DNA of 52,260 nt from Alphaproteobacteria bacterium (lineage in GTDB: Bacteria > Pseudomonadota > Alphaproteobacteria > CACIAM-22H2): contig JAEUKZ010000155.1 of assembly GCA_016793045.1 (NCBI GenBank), positions 1 to 52,260 of the forward strand. Reading direction: 5' to 3'. A program made the position numbers and the translations under genes. Positions 38,640 to 48,354 of the stretch are shown one piece after another (position 1 is the stretch's first letter; each line of letters begins with the position of its first letter). The notes under the pieces are model-generated. The model searched no databases and was not told the origin of the DNA. It worked only from the letters and a program-made list of their open reading frames with translations.

Positions 38640-39836
38640 TCAGAGCGTGCGCGCGATCCGCGTCAGCGCTTCCTCGGTCGGCTCGATCTCGCCGACCAGG
38701 GCGATGCGGATGTAGCCCTGGTTGGGATTGCGGCCATCGGGGTCGGGCCGGGTCAGATACGCGCCGGGCAGCACGCGCACGCCGGCATCCGCCCACAGCT
38801 TGCGCGTCGCCGCTTCGCCATCGCCGACGTCGAGCCAAAGGTAGAACCCGCCGCCCGGCCGGTAGTAGCCGAACCGCCCGCCGAGCACGCGCTCGGCGAT
38901 GTCGAACTTCTGCCGGTACAGCGCGCGCGTCGCGGCGACGTGGGTCTCGTCCCGCCACAGCGCCGTCGCGGCTTCGAGCGTCGCAAGCGGCGTTGCCGCG
39001 CAGGCATAGGTGCGCAGCCGGTGCAGAAGGGCGATCGTGCGCGGCGCACCGGCGGCGAAGCCCGAGCGCAGCCCGGGCACGCTCGAGCGCTTCGACAGCG
39101 TGTGAAAGACCAGCAGGTTGTCGAGCGAGCCGCCGAGTGCGGCCGCGGCTTCGAGTGCGCCCGGCGGCGGCACGTCGCCGGTGTAGATCTCGGCGTAGCA
39201 CTCGTCGACCACCAGCATGAAGTCGTGCTTGCGCGCCAGCCCGATCGCCTTCTTGAGATAGGCGAGATCGGCCACTGCGCCCTGCGGGTTCGACGGCGTG
39301 CACAGATACATGATCTGCGCGCGGTCGAGCTGGGCTGGTGCGAGCGCGTCGAGATCGGGCAGGAACCCGGTTTCGCGCGTCGTCGGCATGAACACCGGCT
39401 CGGCGCCGGCGAGCAGCGATGCGCCGACATAGACCTGGTAGAGCGGGTTGGGGATGAAGGCGAGCGGACGCGGCCCGCCGTCGTCGCGCCGCGTCACCGA
39501 GACCGTCGCGGCCATGTAGAGGCCTTCGCGGCTGCCGGCGCAGGGCGCGACCATCGTGTCGGCGTCGATCATCGCCGCGGGCAGGCGATAGCGCCGCGTC
39601 AGCCAGTCCGCGCAGGCCTTGCGGAATTCCGGCGTGCCGTTGATGGGGGGATAGCGGTTCCAGGTCTTGGCATTGCCGTCGATGATCGCGCGCACGAAAT
39701 CCGGCGGCTGGTGCTGCGGCTCGCCGACCGAAAGGCTGATCGGCGCCACGTTCGTCCGCGGCGTCAGGCCCTTCAACAGAAGCGTCAGCCGTTCGAAGGG
39801 GTAGTCGCGCAGCGAATCGAGATCGGCATTGAGCAT
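38640..39836 (-). CDS. PLP aminotransferase class I/II (DapC-like)
   Basis: YPFERL, SVGEP, PNPLYQVY, PSNPQG, DECY and HTLSKRSSVPGLRSG. Confidence 0.88.
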   Translation of the reverse strand: MLNADLDSLRDYPFERLTLLLKGLTPRTNVAPISLSVGEPQHQPPDFVRAIIDGNAKTWNRYPPINGTPEFRKACADWLTRRYRLPAAMIDADTMVAPCAGSREGLYMAATVSVTRRDDGGPRPLAFIPNPLYQVYVGASLLAGAEPVFMPTTRETGFLPDLDALAPAQLDRAQIMYLCTPSNPQGAVADLAYLKKAIGLARKHDFMLVVDECYAEIYTGDVPPPGALEAAAALGGSLDNLLVFHTLSKRSSVPGLRSGFAAGAPRTIALLHRLRTYACAATPLATLEAATALWRDETHVAATRALYRQKFDIAERVLGGRFGYYRPGGGFYLWLDVGDGEAATRKLWADAGVRVLPGAYLTRPDPDGRNPNQGYIRIALVGEIEPTEEALTRIARTL

Positions 39837-39929
39837 GGCGTGTCACCGGGCGCAGGCGCTGCGGCCGAGGGGCCGCGCAAGGCGGCGGACGTTAGCAACC
39901 GCTCCGCCGCTTGTCGAGGCGGCGGCCCC

Positions 39930-40346
39930 TCAGCCCGCGAAGCGCGCGGCGACCTCGGCAGGGATCGGCAGCGCCTTGATGCGCTTCGGGTCGTCGGGAT
40001 GGGGCGCGGCCCAGACGCGCGTCTCGATGCCTTCGACCGCGAGTGTCTCGCTCTTGAGGAGCCTGTGGCGGATCTCGAAGCTGCTCCGCCGCCATTCCGC
40101 GACATGCGATTCGATCACGACCTCGTCGCCGTAGCTCGACGGCGCGACGAATTTGGCCCGCGCGTCGACGAGCGGCGTGCCGATGATGCCGTAGCGTTCC
40201 ATCAGCGTGCGCTTGGGAATTCCGGCACGCTCGAACAGTGCGAAGGTTGCTGCGTCGAAGTACGCGAAATATCGTGGGTAGTAGACGATCCCTGCAGGGT
40301 CGCAGTCGCCCCATTCGATCAGGATCGTTTTGCGGTTCACGAGCAT
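39930..40346 (-). CDS. Hot-dog acyl-CoA thioesterase (4HBT family)
   Basis: IEWGDCDPAGIVYYPRYF. Confidence 0.88.
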   Translation of the reverse strand: MLVNRKTILIEWGDCDPAGIVYYPRYFAYFDAATFALFERAGIPKRTLMERYGIIGTPLVDARAKFVAPSSYGDEVVIESHVAEWRRSSFEIRHRLLKSETLAVEGIETRVWAAPHPDDPKRIKALPIPAEVAARFAG

Positions 40347-40575
40347 GGCTCAGGCTCCAGCTGGCGCGGCGCGGAAGCGATACCATAGTGCACGCCTTCC
40401 TGCGCGCACACGCGCGCAGGCGTGACGGCTCGCCGCACCCCGGCGCGGCCACGGCGCCCCTGTGGCCGTTGTGCCGGTGCGGGCGGCGGTCTAAAACGCG
40501 GGACGCGAGGAACGGTCCGGGCGGGTCCAGGAGTCGGCGTGCCGACGGCGTTCAGCGGTGTCGACGGAGAATCCA

Positions 40576-41370
40576 ATGACAGAAGAAAAAGCGGCGAATG
40601 ACGCCGTCGTGGCGACCGAGCGGCCGCGCCCGCATGTCGCGGTGGTGCGGATCGACCGGCCGGCGTCGCGCAACGCGCTCGACATGAACGTGCGGCGCCA
40701 GCTTGCCGAGGCGTTCCGTGGCCTCGGCGCCGATGACGAGGTCCGCGCCGTCGTCGTCACCGGCACGGGCAAGGCCTTTGCCGCGGGCGCCGACCTCCGC
40801 GACATGGCCGAGGCTTCGGCGGTCGAGATCATGGCGCGCCGCACGCATCTTCTTTGGGGCGCCATCGCCGACTGCCCGAAGCCGGTGATCGCCGCGGTCA
40901 ACGGCTTCGCACTCGGCGGCGGCTGCGAGCTGGCGATGCACGCCGACATCATCGTCGCCGGCGAAAGCGCCCGGTTCGGCCAGCCGGAGATCAAGGTCGG
41001 CATCATGCCGGGCGCCGGCGGCACCCAGCGCCTGATCCGCGCGGTCGGCAAGTTCAAGGCCATGAAGCTGCTGCTCACCGGCGCGATCATCACCGCGCGC
41101 GAGGCCGATGCGATGGGGCTGGTCAGCGAAGTCGTGGCCGACGACCAGGTCCTGGCGCGCGCACTGGCGCTGGCGGAGGAGATCGCGGCGCTGCCGCCCC
41201 TGGCCGCCCAGGCGATCAAGGAGGCTGCTCTGGCGAGCGAGGACATGCCGCTGTCCGCCGGCCTCGCGCTCGAGCGCAGGGCCTTCCAGCTCCTGTTCGC
41301 GACCGCCGACCAGAAGGAGGGCATGCGCGCCTTTCTGGAGAAGCGCACGCCGAAATTCGAGGGGCGCTGA
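40576..41370 (+). CDS. Enoyl-CoA hydratase (crotonase)
   Basis: AFAAGADL, ALGGGCEL and GQPEIKVGIMPGAGG, with both catalytic Glu present. Confidence 0.93.
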   Translation: MTEEKAANDAVVATERPRPHVAVVRIDRPASRNALDMNVRRQLAEAFRGLGADDEVRAVVVTGTGKAFAAGADLRDMAEASAVEIMARRTHLLWGAIADCPKPVIAAVNGFALGGGCELAMHADIIVAGESARFGQPEIKVGIMPGAGGTQRLIRAVGKFKAMKLLLTGAIITAREADAMGLVSEVVADDQVLARALALAEEIAALPPLAAQAIKEAALASEDMPLSAGLALERRAFQLLFATADQKEGMRAFLEKRTPKFEGR

Positions 41371-41372
41371 CG

Positions 41373-42896
41373 ATGGCTGATGCGCGGATCGTCAACGTGC
41401 TCGGCGTCGTCGGCACCGGGGCGATGGGGGCGGGCATCGCGCAGATCGCGGCGCAGGCCGGCATCGCGGTGCGCCTGCTCGACGCGCGGCCCGGCGCCGC
41501 GGCGTCGGCGGCGCAGAAACTCGGCGAGGTCTGGGCCGGTCTCGCGGCCAAGGGCCGCATGAATCCCGAAGCCGTCGAGGCCGCGAAGGCGCGGCTGCAT
41601 CCGATTGCATCGGACGCGGAGCTCGCTGGCTGCGACGTGGTGATCGAAGCGATCGTCGAGGATCTCGGCGCCAAGAAGGCGCTGTTCGCGGCGCTCGAGC
41701 CGATTGTCGGCACCGACTGCGTCCTCGCCACCAACACCTCCTCGCTGTCGGTGACGGCGATCGCGGCCTCGTGCACGGCGCCGGGCCGCGTCGGCGGGTT
41801 TCACTTCTTCAATCCCGTGCCGCTGATGAAGGTGGTCGAGGTCATCGATGGCGCGCTCACCGAACCCGCGGTCGGCGCGACCCTGACGGCGCTGGCGACG
41901 CGCATGGGGCACCGTCCGGTGCGCTGCATCGATTCGCCGGGTTTCATCGTCAATCATGCCGGCCGCGGCTTCGGCACCGAGGCGCTGCGCATCGTCGCCG
42001 GCGAGAGCGCCGCGCGGCCCGTCGACGTCGACCGCGCCTTGCGCGATCAGGTCGGCTTCCGCATGGGACCGTTCGAGCTGCTCGACCTCACGGCGCTCGA
42101 CGTATCGCAGCCGGTGATGGAATCGATCTACCGGCAGTATCACGAGGAGCCGCGCTACCGCCCTTCCTGGCTGCTGCGCCAGCGCCTCGATGCCGGTCTG
42201 CTCGGGCGCAAGGTGGGGCGCGGCTTCTACGCCTATCGCGACGGCAAGGCGGAACCGCTGCCGGAGCAATCCGTGCCGGTGGCAGCGCCAAGGCCGGTCT
42301 GGGTCTGGGGCGACGATCCGGACTGGGAAGCGGCGCTCGCGTCGATGGTCCGGGACGCCGGATGGCCGGTTGAGACCGCTTCGCGGCCGTCGGATGCGGC
42401 ACTCTGCCTGCTTGCACCGCTCGGTGACGACGTGACCGCCGCGGCGCAACGCGCTCGCATCGATCCGGCGCGCTGCGTTGCCGTCGACGCGCTGTTCGGC
42501 CTCGCCAAGCGCCGCGTCCTGATGACCAATCCGGCGACTCACGCCGAGTTCGCCGCGGCGGGCCATGCATTGCTGGCTGCCGGCGGGGTGCCGGTCACGC
42601 GAATCAAGGACAGCCCCGGCTTCGTCGCCCAGCGCACGGTGGCGACGATCGTCAACATCGCCTGCGACATCGCACAGCAGGGCGTCGCGACGCCTGCCGA
42701 CATCGACGCAGCGGTGACGCTCGGGCTTGGCTATCCCAAGGGACCACTGGCGCTCGGCGACGCGCTCGGCCCGGCGCGGATCGTCACGATCCTCGCCCGT
42801 TTGTCGGCGCTCACCGGCGACCCGCGCTACCGCGCCAGCCCCTGGCTGCGCCGGCGGGCGGCGTTGGGCCTGTCGCTCCTGCACGTGGAGGCCTGA
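41373..42896 (+). CDS. 3-hydroxyacyl-CoA dehydrogenase (PaaH-like)
   Basis: GTGAMGAGIA, IEAIVE, TNTSSLS, HFFNP, MGPF and duplicated C-terminal domain. Confidence 0.92.
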   Translation: MADARIVNVLGVVGTGAMGAGIAQIAAQAGIAVRLLDARPGAAASAAQKLGEVWAGLAAKGRMNPEAVEAAKARLHPIASDAELAGCDVVIEAIVEDLGAKKALFAALEPIVGTDCVLATNTSSLSVTAIAASCTAPGRVGGFHFFNPVPLMKVVEVIDGALTEPAVGATLTALATRMGHRPVRCIDSPGFIVNHAGRGFGTEALRIVAGESAARPVDVDRALRDQVGFRMGPFELLDLTALDVSQPVMESIYRQYHEEPRYRPSWLLRQRLDAGLLGRKVGRGFYAYRDGKAEPLPEQSVPVAAPRPVWVWGDDPDWEAALASMVRDAGWPVETASRPSDAALCLLAPLGDDVTAAAQRARIDPARCVAVDALFGLAKRRVLMTNPATHAEFAAAGHALLAAGGVPVTRIKDSPGFVAQRTVATIVNIACDIAQQGVATPADIDAAVTLGLGYPKGPLALGDALGPARIVTILARLSALTGDPRYRASPWLRRRAALGLSLLHVEA

Positions 42897-42958
42897 GGAT
42901 TGCGTTCTGCGTTGCGCGAGACGACACTCGGGTGCCAATCGACACGAGGTCCAAGGCA

Positions 42959-43669
42959 ATGACGCAGCGCATCCTGGTGATCAATCCGAACTCGTCGCAG
43001 CGCGTCACCGATGCGATCAGCGCCGCTGTGGCGGCCTTGCGGCTGCCGGGCGGCCCCGCCGTCGATTGCATCTGCCTTCCCGATGGCCCCGCCGGCATCG
43101 AGACGCAAGACCATGTCGACCATGCGGGCCGACTGGTCGCGCGAGCGGTCGCGCAGCACGAACATGCCGCTGATGCCTTCGTCGTCGCCTGCTTTTCCGA
43201 TCCCGGGCTGCACGCGGCACGCGAGGCGACCGCGAAGCCGGTCATGGGAATCGCCGAGAGCGGCCTTCTCACGGCGATGGCGCTTGGCAATCATATCGGC
43301 GTCATCTCGATTCTTGCGGCCTCGTTGCCGCGCCACTGGCGCTATTTCAGGGCGATGGGAATCGACGGCCGCGTGGTCGCCGACCTGCCGGTCGGGCTTG
43401 GTGTCGCTGCGTTGTCCGACGAGACCACGACATTCGCCCGCATGCGCGAGGTTGGGCGCGCCTTGATCGAGGAGCATGGCGCAGACGTGCTGGTGATGGG
43501 CTGCGCCGGCATGGCGCGCTATCGCGCCCCGCTCGAGGACGCACTCGGCCGCCCCGTGGTCGACCCGTCGCAGGCGGCGGTCGGCATGGCGTTGACGGCG
43601 CTGCGTTTCAACATGCGCACGTCCATCGCGCGGCCGGAAAAGCCGCGCGTCGCTGTGGCCGGCGAGTAG
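42959..43669 (+). CDS. Asp/Glu/hydantoin racemase
   Basis: ILVINPNSS, with catalytic Cys pair ACFSDPG and MGCAGM. Confidence 0.9.
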   Translation: MTQRILVINPNSSQRVTDAISAAVAALRLPGGPAVDCICLPDGPAGIETQDHVDHAGRLVARAVAQHEHAADAFVVACFSDPGLHAAREATAKPVMGIAESGLLTAMALGNHIGVISILAASLPRHWRYFRAMGIDGRVVADLPVGLGVAALSDETTTFARMREVGRALIEEHGADVLVMGCAGMARYRAPLEDALGRPVVDPSQAAVGMALTALRFNMRTSIARPEKPRVAVAGE

Positions 43670-43670
43670 T

Positions 43671-45083
43671 TCAGGCCGACGGCAGGGCTGCCGAGCGCTC
43701 GCGGCTGTAGAACCTGCCGCGGCCGCGCTGGCCGAGCACCTTGCCGCCGTCCCATACCACCTCGCCGCGCGAGATCGTCGTCACCGGCCAGCCCGTGACC
43801 TGCCGACCCTCGTATGGGGTGTAGTCCATCGCGTCGTGCAGCATCGACTGGGTGACGGTCAGCCTGCGCTCCGGGTCCCAGATCGCGAGATCGGCATCGC
43901 CGCCGACTACGATGCTGCCCTTGCGCGGATAGAGTCCGTAGAGCTTGGCGTGATTGGTCGCGGTCAGCGCGACGAACTGCTGCAGCGTGATCCGCCCCGT
44001 CCGCACGCCCTCGGAGAACAGCAGCGGCAGACGCAGCTCGAGGCCGGGCACGCCATTGGCGATCTTCTTGAAGTTGGCGTTGAGCCCGAACTTCATCTTG
44101 CCTTCGGGATCGTTGAAGCGGAAAGGCGAGTGGTCGGAGGAGAAGACCTCGAACACGCCGCCGGCGAGCGCTTGCCAGACCTTCTCCTGGTTCGCCTTGT
44201 CGCGCGGCGGCGGGCTGCACATGCACTTCGCGCCTTCGAGGCCGGGCTTGTCGAGATCCTCCTCCGACAGGAAGAGATATTGCGGGCACGTCTCGGCATA
44301 GACCTTGTTGCCGCGTGCCTGCGCCCAGCGGATCTGCTCGATCGCCTCGGCGCCGGAAACGTGGACGATCAGCACTGGCGTGTCGGCGATCTCCGCAAGC
44401 GCGATCGCCCGGTGCGTCGCTTCGCGCTCGACCGGCTGCGGACGCGACACGGCGTGGTATTTCGGCGCGGTCAGCCCTTCGCAGATCAGGCGGTTGGCGC
44501 GCCACATCATCGCGTCGTGGTTCTCGGCGTGGATCATCACCATGGCGCCTTCGCGCCGCGCGACGTCGAGCACCTCGAGAAGCTGCCCGTCGCTCACCTT
44601 GAGCGCGTCGTAGGTGAGGTAGACCTTGAACGAGGTGTAGCCGTCCTTGATCAGCGCCGGCAGCTCCTGGCCGACGACTTGCTCAGTCGGGTCGGAGACG
44701 ATGAGGTGGAACGCGTAGTCGATCACGGCCTTGGGGCCGGCAGCCTCGTGATACTGCTTCACCACCTCGCGCACCGACATGCCGCGATGCTGGCAGGCGA
44801 ACGGTACGATGGTCGTCGTGCCGCCGCACATCGCAGAGACCGTGCCGCTGTAGAAGTCGTCGGCGGACATCAGCCCGGTCGAAGTGCGCTGCTCGATGTG
44901 GCAGTGGCTGTCGATCCCGCCGGGCATGACCAGTCGATCGCGCGCGTCGATTTCCCGCGCGCCCTTGGTCAGACGCTCGCCGATCGCGGCAACGCGCCCG
45001 CCGCGGATCCCTATATCCGCGGTGAACACGTCGGCTGCGGTGGCGATTTTGCCGCCGCGCACCACCAGATCGAATTCGCTCAT
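43671..45083 (-). CDS. hydA: Dihydropyrimidinase / D-hydantoinase
   Basis: PGGIDSHCH, SFKVY (carboxylated Lys), HAE, HVS, ETCPQY and SSDH. Confidence 0.93.
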   Translation of the reverse strand: MSEFDLVVRGGKIATAADVFTADIGIRGGRVAAIGERLTKGAREIDARDRLVMPGGIDSHCHIEQRTSTGLMSADDFYSGTVSAMCGGTTTIVPFACQHRGMSVREVVKQYHEAAGPKAVIDYAFHLIVSDPTEQVVGQELPALIKDGYTSFKVYLTYDALKVSDGQLLEVLDVARREGAMVMIHAENHDAMMWRANRLICEGLTAPKYHAVSRPQPVEREATHRAIALAEIADTPVLIVHVSGAEAIEQIRWAQARGNKVYAETCPQYLFLSEEDLDKPGLEGAKCMCSPPPRDKANQEKVWQALAGGVFEVFSSDHSPFRFNDPEGKMKFGLNANFKKIANGVPGLELRLPLLFSEGVRTGRITLQQFVALTATNHAKLYGLYPRKGSIVVGGDADLAIWDPERRLTVTQSMLHDAMDYTPYEGRQVTGWPVTTISRGEVVWDGGKVLGQRGRGRFYSRERSAALPSA

Positions 45084-45103
45084 CTTGTCTTTCCTCGTTC
45101 GTA

Positions 45104-45787
45104 CTACATGCGCGCGGCGTGGCTCGCGATCATGCGGCGCTCCATCCGGGAAACGACGCGCACCAGCGGCCACAGCAGCACGAAGTAGATCAGCGCCGCG
45201 GCGATCAACGGTGTCGGATTGTAGACCAGTCCCTGGAGGAGTTGCGCCGAGCGCAGCAGCTCGGGCAGCGAGACGGCCGCCGCAATCGACGTGATCTTGA
45301 TCAGCTCGAGCGTGTTGGTGGTGAGCGGGGGCAGGACGTTGCGTACCGCCTGCGGCAGAACGACATGGCGCATGGTCGCGAGCCATCCGAGCCCGGTTGA
45401 TCGGGCGGCGTCACGCTGGCCCTGCGGCACCGCCTCGATGCCGGCACGGAAGATCTCCCCGTAGTAGCTGGCGCCGTTGATGACGAGCGTGAAGACGGCC
45501 GCTTGAAACTCCCCGAGGCGCAAGCCCAGGAACGGCAGTCCGTAGTAGACGAGGATCAGCAGGACGAGCGGCGGGAAGGCGCGCAGCAGGTCGACGTATA
45601 CGATCAGGACCGCGTTCAGCCAGCGCAGGCCCAGCCCCTGCAGCATCGCGACGATCAGCCCTGCCATCACCGAGAGCGGCACGATCACGAGCACGAGCTT
45701 GAACGTCATCCACAGCCCGCTCGCGAGAATCGGCCAGCCCTCGCGCAGGGTCTCGAGATTGGCGAAGTTGTGGAGAAATACTTCCAT
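45104..45787 (-). CDS. Polar amino acid ABC permease
   Basis: SYYGEIFRAGI...QRDAA and VLPQAVR. Confidence 0.92.
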   Translation of the reverse strand: MEVFLHNFANLETLREGWPILASGLWMTFKLVLVIVPLSVMAGLIVAMLQGLGLRWLNAVLIVYVDLLRAFPPLVLLILVYYGLPFLGLRLGEFQAAVFTLVINGASYYGEIFRAGIEAVPQGQRDAARSTGLGWLATMRHVVLPQAVRNVLPPLTTNTLELIKITSIAAAVSLPELLRSAQLLQGLVYNPTPLIAAALIYFVLLWPLVRVVSRMERRMIASHAARM

Positions 45788-46470
45788 CAGCGCCTCCAGC
45801 CGTAGCGCCGCTCGAGCCAGCGCGTGAACATCACCAGGGGCGCGAAGATCACCAGGAAGAGGAACGCGGCGAAAGTGAGCGGCGATGGATTTGCGAGCGA
45901 GGACTGCGCACTGGAGGCCTGCGACAGGATCTCCGGCACGGCGACGAAGCTGCCCAGCGCGGTCGACTTGGTGATCGCGATCACCCAGTTGGTGAGCGGG
46001 GGGATCGCGAGCCGCACCGCCTGCGGCAGGATGATGTAGCCGAGCGTCTCGAGGAATCCGAGCCCGGTCGAGCGTGCGGCCTCCCACTGGCCCCGATCCA
46101 CGGCTGTAATGCCGGCCCAGAAGACCTCTTCGGAGAATCCCGCGAGCACGAGGATGAGGCTGATCGTCGTCGCCCAGAACGGGCTGAACGTCAGTCCGGC
46201 AAAGGGCAGGGCGAAGAACACCACGACGATGATCACGAGCGCCGGCACCGCCCGGAACAGGTCGACGAAGAAGATGATCGCCCAGTTGAGCGGTCGGATC
46301 TGGAACGCCCGGACCACCGCGAGCGCGAGGCCCAGCGCGGTCCCGCCCGTCACCACCAGGGCAGCCATGCCGAGCGTCAGCCAGAACCCCGCCATGATCT
46401 CGGGCGCGGCCTGCGCCATCATGTCGAAATTGAAGAAGTAGTAGAGCAGCCCGTGCGGTTCGGGGTTCAT
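45787..46470 (-). CDS. Polar amino acid ABC permease
   Basis: FRAVP, GQWEAARSTG and ILPQAVR. Confidence 0.92.
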   Translation of the reverse strand: MNPEPHGLLYYFFNFDMMAQAAPEIMAGFWLTLGMAALVVTGGTALGLALAVVRAFQIRPLNWAIIFFVDLFRAVPALVIIVVVFFALPFAGLTFSPFWATTISLILVLAGFSEEVFWAGITAVDRGQWEAARSTGLGFLETLGYIILPQAVRLAIPPLTNWVIAITKSTALGSFVAVPEILSQASSAQSSLANPSPLTFAAFLFLVIFAPLVMFTRWLERRYGWRR

Positions 46471-46492
46471 GTGCGCTCTTCCCGAATCCGCC

Positions 46493-47248
46493 TCACCGGT
46501 GCAGCACCCGCGCGAGGAAGCTCGCGGTTCGCTTGTGCTGGGGCGCGCCGAAGATCTGCGCTGGCGGGCCCTGCTCGACGATCTCGCCTTCGTCCATGAA
46601 GATGACGCGGTCGGCCGCCTCGCGCGCGAAGCCCATCTCGTGGGTCACGACGAGCATCGTCATGCCGCGCTCCCGCATCCGGCGCATAACGTCGAGCACG
46701 CCGCCGACCAGTTCGGGGTCGAGCGCCGAGGTGGGTTCGTCGAAGAGCATCACCTTGGGTTCCAGCGCCAGCGCGCGCGCGATGCCGACGCGCTGCTGCT
46801 GGCCGCCCGAAAGCTGGCCGGGATGGACCGCCGCCTTCTCCGCCAGGCCGACCTCGGCAAGGACGGCCCGGCCGCGCGCCTCAGCCGCTGCTTTGTCCAT
46901 GCCGAGCACGCGGCGCAGAGCCAGCGTCACGTTGTCGAGCGCGGTGAGATGCGGATAGAGATTGAACGACTGGAACACCATCCCGATGTCCTTGCGGACC
47001 TTGTTCATGTCGACGCCGGGATCGGTGATGGTGCGGCCGTCGAACATGATCGTGCCGGCGCTTGGTTCTTCCAGGCGGTTCAGACAGCGCAGCAGCGTCG
47101 ACTTCCCTGAACCCGAAGGCCCGATGACGACGATGACCTCGCGCCGCAGCACGTCAAGATCGACACCCTTGAGAACGTCGAGCTTGCCGAAATGCTTGGT
47201 GAGGCCGCGGATCGTCAGGATCGGCGGCGACGCCCTGTCCACGCTCAC
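46493..47248 (-). CDS. Polar amino acid ABC ATPase (GlnQ-like)
   Basis: [18 protein letters not shown] and [11 protein letters not shown]. Confidence 0.95.
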   Translation of the reverse strand: MSVDRASPPILTIRGLTKHFGKLDVLKGVDLDVLRREVIVVIGPSGSGKSTLLRCLNRLEEPSAGTIMFDGRTITDPGVDMNKVRKDIGMVFQSFNLYPHLTALDNVTLALRRVLGMDKAAAEARGRAVLAEVGLAEKAAVHPGQLSGGQQQRVGIARALALEPKVMLFDEPTSALDPELVGGVLDVMRRMRERGMTMLVVTHEMGFAREAADRVIFMDEGEIVEQGPPAQIFGAPQHKRTASFLARVLHR

Positions 47249-47360
47249 GGCCGCTCAACCACGGAGACAGCGGGGCGCGGAGCCGCGAGGGGAGGCCCCG
47301 CGGCGTGTCCGGGACGCCGCGCCCTGCATTCTCGGTGCTCCGTGCCGCTGCGGCCGGCTC

Positions 47361-48233
47361 TCAAGGCGCCTTGTATCCGGCGAAGTTCGGCTGGCCGCGG
47401 CCCGGTTGCGGCGTGACCATGATCGAGCCCGGCTCGGCCGGTGCGCCGAAATAGGTCTGGTGCGTGCGCGAGTAGAACCCGTCGCTCTTCATGCTCTCGA
47501 CCACCGCGTCCACGGCGTCGCGCATCGCCTCGTCGTCGAGACGGAACGGGTAGCCGAGGAAGGTGCCGGTCGGAATGTTGAAGCCGAACTTGAGTGCCGG
47601 CTGCTGGGTTGAGATGTAGCGCGCCACCGGCGTCTCGGAAATGTTGGCGAAGGCGCGATTCGACAGCACGGCCTGCACCGCATCGGGGTTGCTGTTGTAG
47701 CGCTCGACGGTGAATCCGTACCGCGTCGCGTTCTCGGTCGCCCAGGTGTCGGAGATCGAGCCGCGGTTGACGCCGATCACCTTGCCGCGCAGGTCCTCGA
47801 GCGTGCGCACGTCCGGCGCGTTGCGCGCCATCAGGAAGCCAAGTCCGCTCTCGAAATAGCCTTCGCTGAACAGCATCTGGGTCGCGCGCGCGGCGGTGAT
47901 GTTGACCGGCCCCACGAAGGTCTCGAATCGCCCGGCGAACAGGCCGGCAAAGGCCTCCGCGAAGCGCACGTCGATGATCTCGGTCGATGGCCGCCCGAGT
48001 CGACGGCCGATCTCGCGCGCCGCGTCGATCGAAAATCCGGTCAGCTCGCCGTTCGGTCGGCGAAAGGCGAACGGCACGAAGCCGACCTCGATCCCGACGG
48101 TGAAAGGCTGGCCCGCACGCGGATCGCGCGCCTGCGCCCGCGCCGTACGCAGGCCTGGAATGACGGCGGCCGCAGCCATACCGCCAAGCAGAGTCCGGCG
48201 CGTGAACCGGAAGGCGCCCCGTGCTGTCTTCAT
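47361..48233 (-). CDS. ABC substrate-binding protein family 3, Tat signal
   Basis: AAGGAG RBS, TRRTLL, GFVPF, GFSIDAA and GVNRGS. Confidence 0.9.
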   Translation of the reverse strand: MKTARGAFRFTRRTLLGGMAAAAVIPGLRTARAQARDPRAGQPFTVGIEVGFVPFAFRRPNGELTGFSIDAAREIGRRLGRPSTEIIDVRFAEAFAGLFAGRFETFVGPVNITAARATQMLFSEGYFESGLGFLMARNAPDVRTLEDLRGKVIGVNRGSISDTWATENATRYGFTVERYNSNPDAVQAVLSNRAFANISETPVARYISTQQPALKFGFNIPTGTFLGYPFRLDDEAMRDAVDAVVESMKSDGFYSRTHQTYFGAPAEPGSIMVTPQPGRGQPNFAGYKAP

Positions 48234-48354
48234 ATTTCGCTCCTTGAAACTGGCTTGCGCGAACGCGCGTGGTGCGGAAACTCCGATCAAGTATGATCGC
48301 GGTCCTAGTCACGCGCAATCGCCGTGCCGACACGCGCAGCATCGGGCATACGTC

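Noticed and set aside
40491-42959. 822-aa minus-strand ORF, and similar long ORFs (47245-50400, 35322-37808, 4851-6845, 17454-19133)
   Set aside because: They lie antisense or off-frame to clearly recognisable genes, are Arg/Ala/Gly-rich and have no motifs. These are shadow ORFs expected at this GC content.
47249-47360. Nested hairpins between the binding-protein and ATPase genes
   Set aside because: This is the ordinary position for an mRNA-stabilising stem in ABC importer operons, with nothing unusual.
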